From: Octopus bimaculoides
Lineage: Eukaryota
Length of the DNA stretch: 53,134 bases
Assembly (NCBI RefSeq): GCF_001194135.2
Contig: NC_068984.1
Location: 36,132,424 to 36,185,557, forward strand
Direction of reading: 5' to 3'
Positions 1-14,077 of the stretch are shown one piece after another. How positions within the stretch are numbered: the stretch's first letter is position 1; every line of letters begins with the position of its first letter. Both the position numbers and the translations under genes were made by a program. Under the pieces are notes generated by a model that had not been told where the DNA came from, did no database searches, and worked only from the letters and a program-made list of their open reading frames with translations.

Positions 1-238
1 TAGGTATAATAAAAAAATATTCAGACAAATACATAACAAAAACACCAGGACTTACAAATATATATAACATACAGAAAATTACACTACTGGGTACTGCACA
101 CATTCTACGCAAAACACTTTCAATACAGTAAACATAAGAGCACCACAGCAAACCACAGCACATACCCAATGCGCACAGAGCTGCGCTCGGTAGTGAAGTG
201 AAAGCACGTTATAAAAATAAAACTACTGAACAATAACA

Positions 239-297
<59 letters not shown>

Positions 298-298
298 T
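1..298 (+). mobile_element. R4/Dong-clade non-LTR retrotransposon 3' end (subfamily A) with (AAT)n tail
   Basis: Frame from base 3 reads GIIKKYSDKYITKTPGLTNIYNIQKITLLGTAHILRKTLSIQ* (stop 129-131), the QKxxLLGTAHILRK end typical of REL-endonuclease LINEs. A short 3'UTR and (AAT)n follow. Near-identical copy at 31563-31766. Confidence 0.85.
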
Positions 299-519
299 AC
301 AACAGTGACGCCGGTAATGATAATGACGATAACAGTGATAATAATGGTAACGCTTGCGTTGATATCGACACGAGAAACGACTGCAATAATAGCAGCGATA
401 TCACGATCGATTCACCTGGTAACAGCCTAGCCACAACCAGCACTGCGTAGAGATGTGAAAAAAGCCTCCGCAAAGAAAAGAAAAACAAATAGAAAATATT
501 CTGAGTAGACTCAGTAAAG

Positions 520-1630
520 AATATGAGTGGCGCGTAAACGCCGCCAAAGACGAATATTAGAAGTAGGAAGACGATAGAGTCTATCAGAGATTAGTACTGG
601 CACTTATACAACTCTTCCAATGACAATGATTATCCCATCAAGCGACAAGTTAAAGCTGTGTTCAGATGCCTTGTAATAGGAGGTTTCATCTATCTGGCAT
701 AATAGATTGACTGCTACTGAATGACTGAAGTTCGAAAGAAACGTTAAACAAAATCTTCTTACTACCCTCTGCAATAAAATCAGTCAAACTAGTGAATAGT
801 CAACACACTGGATTCAATGACAGCGCACTGAATTTCAAAAGAAAAAGAAAAGTTAAATCTCCGAGTTTGCTAAAATAAACATATGTGCAACTTCAGCCAT
901 GCAAAAATACGCACTATTTGAAGTCATACCGAATAGAGCGAAACGACATAAAGTAAATATCATGCAGAAAATAGCAAAATAAGCGTAGAAAAAATATCCA
1001 GCAGAACTTCAATATCTGCTCTTACAAGAAACATTTGGAGCAGTAGAAGATCATAAGAAGTCTTTATAGACATTGACAAAATATTTAATGGAATGAGATA
1101 TTGCTTCTATATGCCAGACAGATGCAATCTTCAATGGTACAGAGAATGAATTGCATTTTACAACAGCTATAATCCAAAGCAATCAGTGCAAATCTAATCC
1201 CTTGTTACATCGAAAAGTGTTTCGAAAAACACGTTAACTGCTAATGAAGCCATGTCAGCAGGTGTCTTTGTACAGAAAGAGAAAATTGAGATGTAGGATT
1301 TCAGATGTCTGGGTCAATTACCACTGATAGAAGAACAAAACGTGAAATCTGTGCGAGAACCGCAGGAGTGATGACTGTACCAAACGAACTCAAGCTAATA
1401 TGGAATGGAAATTACGTCTCCTCGATATTACCGGACTGCTACGTACTCTGGTATTTTTCCTTGATCTGTACTTGAGCCCGACTTGCCTATTCATTGCAAG
1501 AATGCAAGCAGGTATACAAGATCTAAACGTGAGTTGGTGTCACATCAGCGTAGCGGAAGTATGATTTTGGAGCCATCACACAGTGGACATGAATATGCTT
1601 TCCCAATATCTACGAAAAGAAAGTTGAGAT
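520..1630 (+). mobile_element. Highly decayed RTE-clade LINE RT remnant
   Basis: Broken motifs in the expected order: FIDIDKIFN (about FIDxxKAFD) near 1062, and FxxLGSITTDRRTKREICART (about FKYLGSxITxDGRSxxEIxxRI) near 1300. Many stops and frameshifts. Confidence 0.6.
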
Positions 1631-1889
1631 ATTATTAACATGTGAGAAAATCTAGTAATTTTTCATAGTATAGTTTGTGCATACGTGGAAGTGGGAGACG
1701 CAAGACACATTCGACTGGCATATAGAACATTAAACAGGACGTGCACAGCGATAGAAGGTGAATGTGATGGCGGTAATTATTTCCCTTCTTCAGAGCTTCA
1801 TTGCTAAACGCGTAGGCATAAACATGTATATGTGCATGTGTTAGTGTTTCGTGTGGATACGTGTCTATATGTTCGTGTATGTATTTATA

Positions 1890-1931
1890 TTCACACACAC
1901 ACACACTCACTCATCAAACACACATTTATGA

Positions 1932-1971
<40 letters not shown>

Positions 1972-2016
1972 GTGTGTGCGTGTGTGCGTGCGTGTGGGTG
2001 TGTCTGTGTGTATGTT

Positions 2017-2050
<34 letters not shown>

Positions 2051-2120
2051 CATGCGCGCGCGTGTTATATGTATACATATACATACAAAGCTATAAATAT
2101 ACAAACATATATGTATACAT
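1890..2120. repeat. Compound (CA)n/(TA)n/(TG)n microsatellite
   Basis: Directly visible. Confidence 0.95.
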
Positions 2121-2330
2121 AGGCCCAGGAGTGGTTGTGTGTTAAGTAGCTTGCTTACCAACCACATGATTCCGGTGTCAGACCCACTGCGTGGCACCTT
2201 AGGCAAGACGTTTTCTACTATAGCCTCGGGCCGACCAAAGCTTTGTAAGTGAATTTGGTAGACGGAAACTGGAAGAAGCCCGTCTTATATATATGTGTGC
2301 GTGCGTGTGTGTGTGTGTATTTGTATGTGT
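2121..2330 (+). mobile_element. tRNA-derived SINE (family 2) with (TA/TG)n tail
   Basis: tRNA-like head GGAGTGGTTGTGTGTTAAG...; body ACTATAGCCTCGGGCCGACCAAAGC shared with the inverted copy at 36420-36560. Confidence 0.75.
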
Positions 2331-2459
2331 GTGTGTGACATAGCCGTATTACGTATTTCAAAAAGTACCACAAATATCATATTTTGTTTTCTTTTATATT
2401 GTGATGATGTTGGCTTCAAATTTTGGCACAATGCCAGCAAATTGGTTGAGAAGGGAAGC

Positions 2460-2625
2460 CAATTGCATCGAAACCAGTACTCCTTTGGTACTTTTTTATC
2501 GACCCCGAAAGAATGAAAGACAAAGTCGACCTCGGTAGAATTTGAACTCAGAACGTAAAGACGCGGGGAAACCCAACCAAGTATGTTATTCGGTTTGGTG
2601 ACGATTTTGCCAGCTCGTCCCCTTT
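2460..2625 (-). mobile_element. tRNA-derived SINE (family 1)
   Basis: Reverse complement of the family-1 motif GAGTTCAAATTC...GAGGTCGACTTTG...GGGGTCGATAAA, which recurs about 10 times in the window. Confidence 0.85.
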
Positions 2626-4699
2626 ATAGTTGTGGTATAAAATTCAATACAAATTTAGGGTATGCCTAAGGTACCTCACTCTCACTTTATTAGTTTCCGA
2701 TGTTTCATTAACATTGGTTTACGATTGATATAGATAATTTCAAGTGATTTAGCCTTTTCTTTTTATTATAATGCATTAGGGGTATTGCTGTATGAAGTAT
2801 ATTTTACTCTCAGTCAATAAGGGAAACGCGTTTCAACTTTACGTCAATGAAATATATATAAATATATGTGTGTGTATGTGTGATTGTGTATACATAGATA
2901 TATGGATATGAGAGTGGATGCACACATAGACCACACTCACACTCGTATACATATATGCAGGTATGTATGTTTGTATGTGTGTATGTATGTATTTATGTAT
3001 ATCAGTTTATTAAGTATCGTTTGATTAATTTTCCTACGTTTATCGGAAAATAACTGTGTAGAACATAAAATTATATTTTTTGTTTTGCTTCTGTTTCTTC
3101 TAAACATATTTTTCTGATTTCTTGTAGGTTTATAAATCTCCCACGCTTATGCCTTCACCTAAATTAATAGATTCAGTTGATCAGAAGTTTTCCTCTCTAT
3201 TAATCACTTAGTACAGAAGTACATTAACATCACCACTTAATTTACTATCTATATAAAACATTGACCTATGCCACAAAGTAATGATGAAAATCAAAACCAC
3301 ATACACATAGAAAAAAGTGAATATGAGGGAGAAAATGCAATTGTAAATTACTTTATTTTTTCTTTAAACTGATATATTGATTGGTGTCATAATTGATTTT
3401 GACACTTACAAACCTCCATTACATCACTAGAATGCACTGCAGAACCCATTTTAGCAAGAGATACAATGCTAACAAAAGTCAAAACAATTTCAATTATAAA
3501 ATTAATTATATTAGCAGCAATTGAATCTGTGGAATATTAACAGATGCAGCTAGATACAAGGGTAGAAGAATATAAAATATTAGTCAACATAATTATAACT
3601 GATATATAAGAGATAAAACGTCTTCAAAGAATAACATGCGCAGAATCATATAATCATTTTGAACAGTAATATGAATTTAGGGCTGAATTATTCACGTACT
3701 AAACGCCTGAACAAACATGGACATGTATTTTAAGGACTCTGTAAGGAACAAATCTCTATCGAACACGTCAGGATTTAATCTCAAAACGTTATATCACGTT
3801 ATTAAATATCAGCAGATATGTAATTCGTAACTCTAACATATTTACCAACCAATGGCCGGAATAACTGTAGTTATTATCAGTGACAGAACATATATTATTC
3901 TGAAAGTGTTTAATAATGTTACTCTAAAAATAATCCTGCATATCTCTGCGACGACTTCATTTACTCCTTCATATAGACGTGAATCATGGCAGCATCACTT
4001 TCGCTACCGTTATCGAGAGTTACGTTTGTTGTCGTAGATTCATAATTACTAATATTCTTAGAAATGGCAATAGTAGTATTAGTGATGCATGTTGAACCTC
4101 GAAATAGTTATTATTTGTAATATATTACCTTATACATGCCTAAATCATAAATATATCAGTTATAGGATGTACAATGATCACTCAACTTAGCACAAATTTT
4201 ATTGCTTTTATTCTACGCAACAAATGATTGTTTAAGCTATAAACAATAAAACATTTCCCCTCGCGAAAACGGAATGTTAGCGTAAAATTGTGTAGAACAA
4301 GGAAAAGCTTTACACAGCAAACAAAGAAAATTCGAAGTATAAGGCTGGGTTACACATTGCAAAAACAGAAAACGTTAAGCAAGTTGATATACAAAGAACA
4401 AAGCAACCAAAGTGCATAGAATGGAAGCAAAAAGCAGAGCTTAAACTCTTGAAAGAGAGCTGCAGAAACTTCGCCATGGCCAGTATATACTATGCCTCCA
4501 GGCAGATGATGTTGACTGGTCGGAAATCCATCAGTAACTGTGAAGTTCAGGGCTCAAAGCAGAAAGCAGAGGATTCATTCTTGCTTTCCAGGACTAGAGT
4601 TTATGCACAAAAACTTAGGCTAACATCTTCAGAAGCGTAGCAGACCCCAAGTACAGAATCTATAATGCCTAAGACGAAATAGATGACAATACAGTGTCA

Positions 4700-6780
4700 G
4701 AACGACTAAGCACGGCTCCTACCGAATGTTCAGCTAGACACGACAAAGTTGGCCAATACATTGACTGGACATCATGCGTAATAACCGTCTAACACCAGCA
4801 GAAAACTAATGCCACTTCCGTCTCATAAAATCAAACTGAAACACACGGTTCAGGCACTGGGAATAACGAACAGGAAAACATTCAAACTATAACTTGGGAC
4901 ACCCCTGATCATGATGTTGATGTAGAAAAGGTAGGACCTGAAGTAGTATATGGCCGAATTGAAAGTGCAGTAATAGGAAGTAGGAATGAACCAAAGCAGC
5001 AATGGTTGACGCATTCGCTGAAGTCAATAGAGAGAAAATACTTGAGAGCTAGGCTTCTCTAAACATATACAAATGAATGAGAGAAATCAACTACCAAAGT
5101 TTCAGAACACCCAATCAAATCACTGTAGGACCAAAATATCTGACTATGTCCTGAAAAAGCTTTTTGAAACTGAAACCGATTTAAATTCATTAAACCACCT
5201 TATATACTCAAAAGCTATAGCTGCCACAAAGAAAGATATGGGTGAAGATAAAGTACGAGAGTAACTGTGGGATCAGAGCAATGGTTTACGCGCTTGCTCG
5301 ATAGAGCGGTGGTGCCAGGCTGCTTCTGAGCGACAATGACTGAAAGTTTTTAAGCCGGAACCGTAGCCAAAGCCGTGATTTTTTGTTTTCCAAATGCGTC
5401 TCAACCTGAAAGCGCATGCCTTAGCTCGGCGTTCGCCATCCACCTGTTGCGTGCGCGCAGTGAATGACAGTGTCACCGACGGAATTGCTATTCGTGGACT
5501 AACTCTCTACAGAAATAATGTAAAGATGAGAATGGCTAGAAGATAAACTTGTATGAAGTACTGAGAGCAAAAGAGATAGTTAAGCTAAAAATGCAGGTTA
5601 AGGGCCTAGCTTATACGGGTATAAAAGAAATTCTACTGAAAGTTAGGGAAACATTCGATCGGAGATAGAAACCTATTTGATATCAAAGAAGTAGTGATAT
5701 TTGGAAAAGTATATGGAGTGATGGAAAGGAATTCAACAAGGAAGCTGAATGGATAGGGAGAGAAGAAGATAGACTGGCTAATACTGAATAACAGTGATGG
5801 ATAAATATTACAATGCAGACACTAACTCAAGTTCTATCTAAAGCTCGTAAGTGGAGGTTTCCTGGACATGATAGGTTCCCAAACTTCTGGAATAAATCTC
5901 TCATCATTACACCGATAGTTAATGGAATGTTTCTCTAACATCATCAAAAAACCCCCAAAAGACTCCAAGCTGGTTAACGTTAGGGGTAACATGCCTACCC
6001 CTTAAAACAAGCGACACGAAAACAAACAAATTACAGGCGGATCACTTGTTTGACTACCATGTACAAAATACGTCCATCCGCACAGAAAGTATGTGTCAAT
6101 TACTCTATGAAAGGAACATCCTTTCCCTTGAACAAAAAAGGTACAAAAGGAACTCATGGCGAAACAATTCTAAAGCATTTGACTGTGTCCCACATAACTG
6201 GATTTTAAAGGCACTACTTTTATACAGGATCTCCTCTTTATTAGACTCTTTTCTACTACACAGTATGCGACTGTAGAAGAGAAAATAATTTATCAACAAG
6301 GAAGACTCGTATATGTCAGAGTATCGAAATAGATCGTGGAATATTCGAGGGCGATCCACTCTCTCCTCTCTTCTTCTGTCTTCTCTGAAGAGCAATGGTT
6401 ATTGCAGAAAGAAGCAAATCTGAAACGATAAACAGAATCAGTAAGAAACCATTAAAACGCATCTGATCAAGACAAAGCCAGATAAATTTCAGCAAATAAC
6501 ATACCACTGCTGTGGGAAAATGAAACAAATGGACTGATGATCACCTGAGAGATGCAGTAAACTAATACACAAAATGTATAAAGGTACAGCGTGATTGTGA
6601 ACTTAAAGAGACGGAAACCTTTCTATGAACAACGCCAGAGTTTTGTTATGCTGAATAAAACCACGTTGCACAGACTGTACCATTGACGCTAGAAGATTAT
6701 ATAGAATCTAAAGAACAAAAAGAAGGAATTGTATGAAATCACTAAATTCGCAATCCATAATAAAAATTCCTGTACAAAAA
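4700..6780 (+). mobile_element. Decayed R4/Dong-clade LINE (N-terminal region, RT and thumb)
   Basis: Piecewise translation gives LNSLNHLIYSKAIAA; WKSIW..KEFNKEAEWI; KARKWRFPGHDRFPNFWNK; PSWLTLGVT; NYRRITCLTTMYKI; KAFDCVPHNWILKAL; RGIFEGDPLSPLFFC. Stops, frameshifts and internal deletions. Confidence 0.85.
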
Positions 6781-6789
6781 CTTGCAAAT

Positions 6790-8898
6790 GTTGTGAAGGG
6801 TCGATCACGCCTGAGTACGTAATTGAGGCTTTGGCGGACTGCGGCGCGGGCAAGGCGCCGGGACTCGATGGTATACATTATGACCTCTATAAGAATATGC
6901 CAGATTTGTTTGGGCACCTGCTGGCAAATATCTACGCGAACTGGCAACAGAGTGGGTTCATTCCTAGATCTGTGTGCCGGGGAGTGGTGACGCTTGTCAG
7001 AAAGGACCCGAACAATGGGGATTGCATTGATAATTTACGGCCCATCACTCTGCTAAACAAAGAGTTGGAGATATTGGTCAAAGTGTTATCGAAAGATTGG
7101 CGCATGTCGCGGATGGCTTGATTGGGAAGGCACAGACATGTGCCGTTCCCGGTAGAACCCTTCAGAATAATCTCCATCTTCTACGGTACATTGTAGAGGG
7201 GGTTAATAATGATTCTGGCAAGGGAGGGGAAGTGGCCCATTTAGACCAAACAAAGGCTTTTGATAGGATGGACCATCATTATCTGGTGTCCGTTCTGACA
7301 CGGTTCGACCTAGGTCTTGGCTTCCTCATGTGAATCATTGAAAGTTATCACAACATCGACTCGGGAGTTCGGTTGAACGGCTTTTTATCTAAACTGTTCA
7401 GCATCAAACGCTCGGTTTGTCAAAGGCGTCTGCCCTCCTCGCTTTTGTATGTAATGTCTCCTGAGCCATTGCTTCGGAAATTGAGCAACATCCTGAGACA
7501 GCGAGGTTGTTGAGAGTCGGTTTCAGCCAACGCCGGACGACATCACCATCAACGTAACCGAAATGTATCACCTACAGAGGGTAGGCAAGGCCATTGAGGA
7601 ATACGATACAGTGGCAGGAGCAAAGGTTAATCATGAAAAGTCAGTCGGCTTGCAGCTCGGCACCTGGAGAGGCAAGTCGATGCCTCCTAACAGCGTCGTG
7701 GTAAGTTTGACGGAAGGTCCGATTAAGTTGCTAGGAGCTTGGTTTGGACCAGGCCTCCAAATAGAGAAGAACTGGGCCGAGGTAGCGAGCAGGGTGGCCC
7801 ACATAGTAAGGACCTGGTCTTGGCAGTGGCTCCCCCTGAAAGGGAGGGTAGAGGTGGCCAATCTCTTCATCGCATCGGTCATCACCTACCGCCTAACCGT
7901 CGTCCCCTGCCCTGATTTGTGGTTGAGCAAGCTGGAAAGACAGCAATTCTGCTTCTTGTGGAAGGGCTCAACGCCGCTTGTAAGACGCTCAATTTGCTGG
8001 CAACAACTGTTAAAGGGTGGGCTATGGATGCCTTGGCTGATGCTGCGCAGGCACGCGCTGAGGTTGAGGCATCTGTGGATCCATCTGGATGGTGAATGGG
8101 TGCGGTCTCCGTTGGCGAAACATATGTTCCCCAAGTCCACTTGTTTCGGTGGACTGGAAACCTGATTCTATTGTAGATCGAAGTTTGATACATGGTTTAG
8201 GGAGTGTCGTTAAGGCTCTCCGGATATTCCATCACTCGATCAGCACTTGCAGTAGTGGTTCTACCACATTCTTCTATAGAGGGCTGGTAGAGGTGAAATG
8301 TAACGATCCCTTGGGGGAAGCCCTATGTCTTGATGATAATCAGCTGGCCAGTCTGCTCGAACGTACACCCAGGCCGAAGACACTGGATGACTTCTAGAAG
8401 TCTTTTGCATGGCAATGTTATCGAGGAGCCTTAACTGTCCGGAACAAGCATGGTGGAAATGTCCCGCACGCTATTGTTCAGTGTTCGGAGGTGTCAGATG
8501 TGTGGGTTTATGCCGAACAACTGTTGTCAAATACAGGAAGAGTACAGATATCGACTGAGTCAATAGTTAAAATTGATCCATCGGATTTCCAATCGAAAGG
8601 TGAGAATTGCTTTCTCATCGTAGTAGCAATTGCGAGAGAAAGGGTTAATAACATACATTTCTATCTCTGGCCCTGCAACACAGGGTGAACCTAAAGCATG
8701 AATGGCGAGGTGGGGCTCGTGGGATGCGATCATATCCCGCCTCCCCACTCCATTTTGTAATGTTGTCTTATCATTCGAACTCGTCATATTTATGTAAAAT
8801 TTTAAAATTCATCTTTATGTCAATCCATATGTTAAATTTGAACCCATATTAAATTGTACTGTCCTCACTGTGTTGTCCCCTTTTGGGAAATAAAAAAA
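6790..8898 (+). mobile_element. 5'-truncated Tx1/L1-clade LINE (ORF2 RT to 3' end), pseudogenised
   Basis: GKAPGLDG, RPITLLNKELEILVKVL, AQTCAVPGR, HLDQTKAFDRMDH, a frameshifted (Y)ADDITI near 7530, GAKVNHEKSVGLQLGTW and LPLKGRVEVAN. GC-rich relative to flanks; ends CCCCTTTTGGGAAATAAAAAAA. Confidence 0.92.
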
Positions 8899-8900
8899 TT

Positions 8901-9085
8901 GCGAAATTCTTAGCCGTATTTTGTCTCTTTTTACGTTCTAAATTCAAATTCCGCCGAGGTCGACTTTGACTTTATTTTCCTTTCAGGGTCACTAAATTAA
9001 GTACCAGTTGCGCATTGGGGTCGATCCAATCGACTGGACCCCCTCCCCTAAAATTTCAGGCCTTGTACATAGAGTAGGAAATAAT
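8901..9085 (+). mobile_element. Family-1 SINE lacking its first ~33 nt, directly abutting the Tx1 tail
   Basis: Starts at GCGAAATTCTTAGCCGTATTT and continues through the B-box-like AATTCAAATTCC to the normal 3' end. Confidence 0.85.
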
Positions 9086-10139
9086 ATATACTTAATACAC
9101 TTAAACATTTGGCACTTGTGTGCGCGCGTACTCGTATGTGTATATGTGTGTATATATACACATCTGCATATAAAAGGATTTGCATATACAATGTACTGTA
9201 GAATTTATCCTCTCTGTTCCTAATTTGATACTTACCGAATCCATTGGTCTTCGCGTGACACTCTATTGACTTTCCAAAAATATACACACACCATCTCCTG
9301 CAGAAATGTAAACGTCAAACCTCCATACTTATACGCATTGTATATTGTATCGTAATCTCATTAAGAATAATCATCTCACATGAAAATTTTAATGAAAATA
9401 ATAAATTGCTGCTGCGTTGAAACGGTGACACTTGTGAGTTTTAGAAGACTTAAAAAGCATCTTCATCTGAAAGTAGTTCTTATCTTAGCGACTAGGACAT
9501 AATTAGATCAGACATCAAATGATAATAAATTTGAAAAAGTTAGAAGCTGAATAAATTTTGAAAGACATACTAAAATGTGTGTCAAAATTACTAATCCTAA
9601 AAATGTTGTAATGCTATTATATCAACATCTCTATGAGAAATACACATACTTGATGTATCTAAAATGATGCCGTGAGACTGATGTCAAATCTGAGATTATA
9701 AGAGGAAGAAAATAATTTCATACATAAATCATTAAAGATCCCCTGCTAGAGGCATTCTATAAAGGGAATCTAAAATAAAAGAAACAATTAATGTTTCAAT
9801 TACAGAAATTAAGTGTGATAATGAACGAAAACCTTTTCATTCCGTCATTTTATTTTCTTCTTCAAGCGAGGCACATATAATGATACAGCATTCAACAGTA
9901 CGAATTAACTGATGAACAAATAAAACCTGTTGAGAAATGTAAGCACGTATGTATGTACCCAAAAGGTACACAATGATATTTTTGTAATGTATACAGATGG
10001 TATGCTTATATAATGAAATGACAGCATTGTCTCATACTTCTATCATTGTGATATTGTCATATTCATTTTTAGTAAAGCTATTTTACAATCTGAACACGAA
10101 CATAAACGCCGACGCATACACAGTACACAAACTGATATC

Positions 10140-10171
<32 letters not shown>

Positions 10172-12704
10172 TGTGTGTCTGTGTGTGTAAGTATTTGTAT
10201 GAATATATGTAATATATATGTATAGATGAATATATATACGTGTGTGTGTGTGTGTGTGCGCGCACGCGCTCAAACGCTTTTCTATGTCTGTAGGTATACA
10301 TGTATGTATAATTTACCAAAAACCAAATAAGCTCCGAAAATTCATTCACAGTGGCATATATTCGGATATCGTACACAAATACGGTTGTATAAAAATACCA
10401 CGCAGCATAACATTTGTGGCCTACCACACTCAGATATTTCTCGCAGCTCATTTTTTGCTTAGTTCATGAAAACGCCTCTGTTTGTATTTGTTTATAACCC
10501 ATTGCTATTGGAGATAGTTTAGCTCTATTGTCGTGCTGATGGCCTCCATTAAGTCAGAGACACGTGCCCAGGATTGCTTACTTATCTCCAGGAAATATTT
10601 CTGATGTTTTTATTAATGTAGATTTCTTCAGATTACCCCTTTTCATTTGGAACTGCTTTTATTGCAATTTTGCACTTGTGTCACATCCTCCAGAGGTGTA
10701 CATAATTTCAATCAACCAAAAGCTTTTGTTGTTTGATATATATGTATGCGTGTATTTTATTTTGTCTTTTTGTAGGTAAATAGGGCATGCATCACTCTGC
10801 CAAACTTTTTCTTACCTATTCCTGAGCTTGCGTTCAAAATGAGCAGCAGAAATATCCTTAGGTGCATGTTCAACTACTGACCACGCAGTCACAGTTTTTC
10901 CGGCTACATGAAATGGAGATATTTGAACCTGGAACACACATTTCAAAAACAGATATAACTAGGTATTTCTTTTTACTCAATTACATTCTTCAGTTCTATC
11001 ACACTGAATCAAATTTTATTTATCGACTCGAAATAATACTAGGCACAGTTGACCATGGCTTCATTTCTGCTGAACACTGGCTCAAATACTGTAATGCAAT
11101 TTCATCAGACACCATATCTATGCTAATTGTATATATGTGTGTGTCTGTGTATGTCAGAGACTGTGTGAGTGTATACGTGCATGGCCCTCCGCACATTTTT
11201 CGATTCTCCTTTCTTCTTCTTCTTTCTTCCCCGAATGTTCTCCTTGTATCCGGCGAAGGTCTATGTTAGAATGTCATGCATTCACACAATAACGTTTCCT
11301 CTCTTTCAGCATCAACGACAAAATATTAACTGTGAACTACTCTTGAACTTTCTTGGAATGATGTGATCTTTAAAACTGTAAGAAAAAAGGCAAAGATTAA
11401 ACGTTTATAAAATATCTGTCCCACTGGATTCGTTATAATTCTTAATATCTCAATGTTGCAGGCCTTGTGACAAAAATTGAAATCGCTATAGTTCAATTAT
11501 ACTGAATTTGCAATCATTCATGACTCGTATGAGATTCATCAAACATTGTCTATGTCAATGAAACTTATTGAACACTGGAATTTATATGAACATTTGAATT
11601 TTCTAATCACGTTTTTCTTGAATCTTACCTTGCACCGTCAATCTCTCCTAAACTAATATTATTCACTATTGAAAAACAAAATATTGTCGAAACTGGTTTG
11701 GTATTTTAATAAATTTGTTACAAAATTTTAAAAAGTATATCACAAAACACACAAAACAATATTGATTAAATATCAAACTTGCTACATAAGTATTACCCGA
11801 ATGATATTATTAAAGTGTATGCGGACGGTTAGACCCATTTGAGTGAAGAAATCCACTTATTAGTTATTCAGATATGTATTTTTATTAAATATGCTGTCCA
11901 TAATATTTACGAAGGGAAGATTCCGAGATAGGTAAATAAAATATAAATGGGTAAGAGAAAGGTATAGGTGCCAATAAATTACGGCTGTTTCTATCCACTC
12001 TTTCATTTGATTAATGAAAACATTACATCTTTGTAAAGAAACCGTTTTCATCACATGAATACATGAACTTCAAAATAAATAATATTCAGAATGGTTTCAC
12101 ATAGTTTAAAATCAACAGAGCAAAATCATTTACATTGATTCCTTACTATTTCATATTGGCAGGATGGAGTTACCATAACAATGTATATTTGGTTAGAACA
12201 GAGAAATGTAGGGGTTACTAGAGTTTAAGAGGGGGGAAGGAATAAGTGACTCCACTGACTCAGATATCTATACGTCTAACAAGAAAGGGGGGCGCGGTTC
12301 AAATAGTCTAGATTTAATTTATTAAGAAGTTGTTTAATGCCTACTGGACAGTGGTAAGAAAATGAATTGTGGTCAGGTTAGCCTACTAAATTACCAATGT
12401 AGTACGTAATGGAACTACTTTTTCCCATCTGCCTAGTACAGAGATAAAGCCTGAGCATTAGGTCCATCACATAATACACACACATACATATTAGTATATA
12501 CACTGTATATGTGCACAATGACGATTGAGTTCATTACCATAAAATAATATATTGGAATAGTTTGGTCAGTTAAAAATAATTTGATGTGGCACGCATTATC
12601 TCCGCTGCAAAATTACTGAAATAATCAAAACACAATCATAACAAATAATAGAATATCCTACTACATGAATGAGGTTCTCTGTATACATACATGTGTGCGT
12701 GTGC

Positions 12705-12739
<35 letters not shown>

Positions 12740-14077
12740 NNNNNNNNNNNNNNNNNNNNNNNNNNNNNNNNNNNNNNNNNNNNNNNNNNNNNNNNNNNNN
12801 NNNNNNNNNNNNNNNNNNNNNNNNNNNNNNNNNNNNNNNNNNNNNNNNNNNNNNNNNNNNNNNNNNNNNNNNNNNNNNNNNNNNNNNNNNNNNNNNNNNN
12901 NNNNNNNNNNNNNNNNNNNNNNNNNNNNNNNNNNNNNNNNNNNNNNNNNNNNNNNNNNNNNNNNNNNNNNNNNNNNNNNNNNNNNNNNNNNNNNNNNNNN
13001 NNNNNNNNNNNNNNNNNNNNNNNNNNNNNNNNNNNNNNNNNNNNNNNNNNNNNNNNNNNNNNNNNNNNNNNNNNNNNNNNNNNNNNNNNNNNNNNNNNNN
13101 NNNNNNNNNNNNNNNATATATATATATATATATAAAGAGAGACAGACCGACATTTCAAGGAGAATGAATTATTTTGATGTTTATCACTGTACATTTACTA
13201 AAGTTAATGAAGATATCTGAATCTCACTGTTGTGCTGGAAAATTTCAGTTATCTGAGGAGAAAAACTGAGTTGTATAAAACCACCCATAGAAGTAATTCT
13301 CGCGAAAACAAGTAAATACAAATCAATAAAAATACAGTTATTATTTAATAAGACAGGGCTGATTTACATTCCAGATAAGTTATTGAATTAAATCAAGGAT
13401 TAAGATAAGGCTTCTGTGAATTTTTAATCAATGAATGTTTTTATGTGGTCGTATTGACAGTCTTATATCTTCAATAATATTTAAATAGATAGGATTTCCA
13501 GTCTGACTGAAAAAGCATATATATTTATCGTACACTTTCACAGATTATTTTCAAAAATTTGATCTAGAAATTTATTTTCTAAAGCAGATGTATTTTTTCT
13601 TGAGCCGAATACACGGGGAATTAAGTAGAGCTACGGACCTCTATTGGAAAACAGATTGGCCGATTGGATAACGCGTACGTGTAGCCAGATATTGATGTAT
13701 ATCGGGAGTACATCCTTCACCAAATAATATTAATACATCTTTTTTTCAACCTGAGATGTTGTCATATTTTTTATGTTATTATTTTACCTGGAACAGCAGA
13801 ACGCACGAACATGGAAGAAAGAAAATTCTAAAATGTTTTAAGTGTTTGTAATGGTGATCAAAAATACTTTCAGAACCATATGGAGTGGCTATATGCTATA
13901 AATACACAAAATCACTTGGTTGCATAAATTGTTTCATGTAAACATTTCTATAATATTTCAATGACGATGTGTAAAAGTTCAAACAGTACTTTTAGGATGG
14001 AACATTAAAAAAAAATTATTGGATCCAAGTTCAAAACAGGGATTGTATTGACATGAGAGAATGAAAGTCACTTTCAG

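Noticed and set aside
6729-8397. ORFs up to 200 aa as host genes or an active retrotransposon
   Set aside because: They are frameshifted pieces of one Tx1 ORF2 with a broken YADD motif and no endonuclease.
9867-9938. Exon-shaped segment (ttcttcaag ... GTAAGC)
   Set aside because: Stops occur in all three frames and there is no motif.
12150-12420. IYTSNKKGGRG, like a LINE thumb motif
   Set aside because: A single short motif, insufficient to call.
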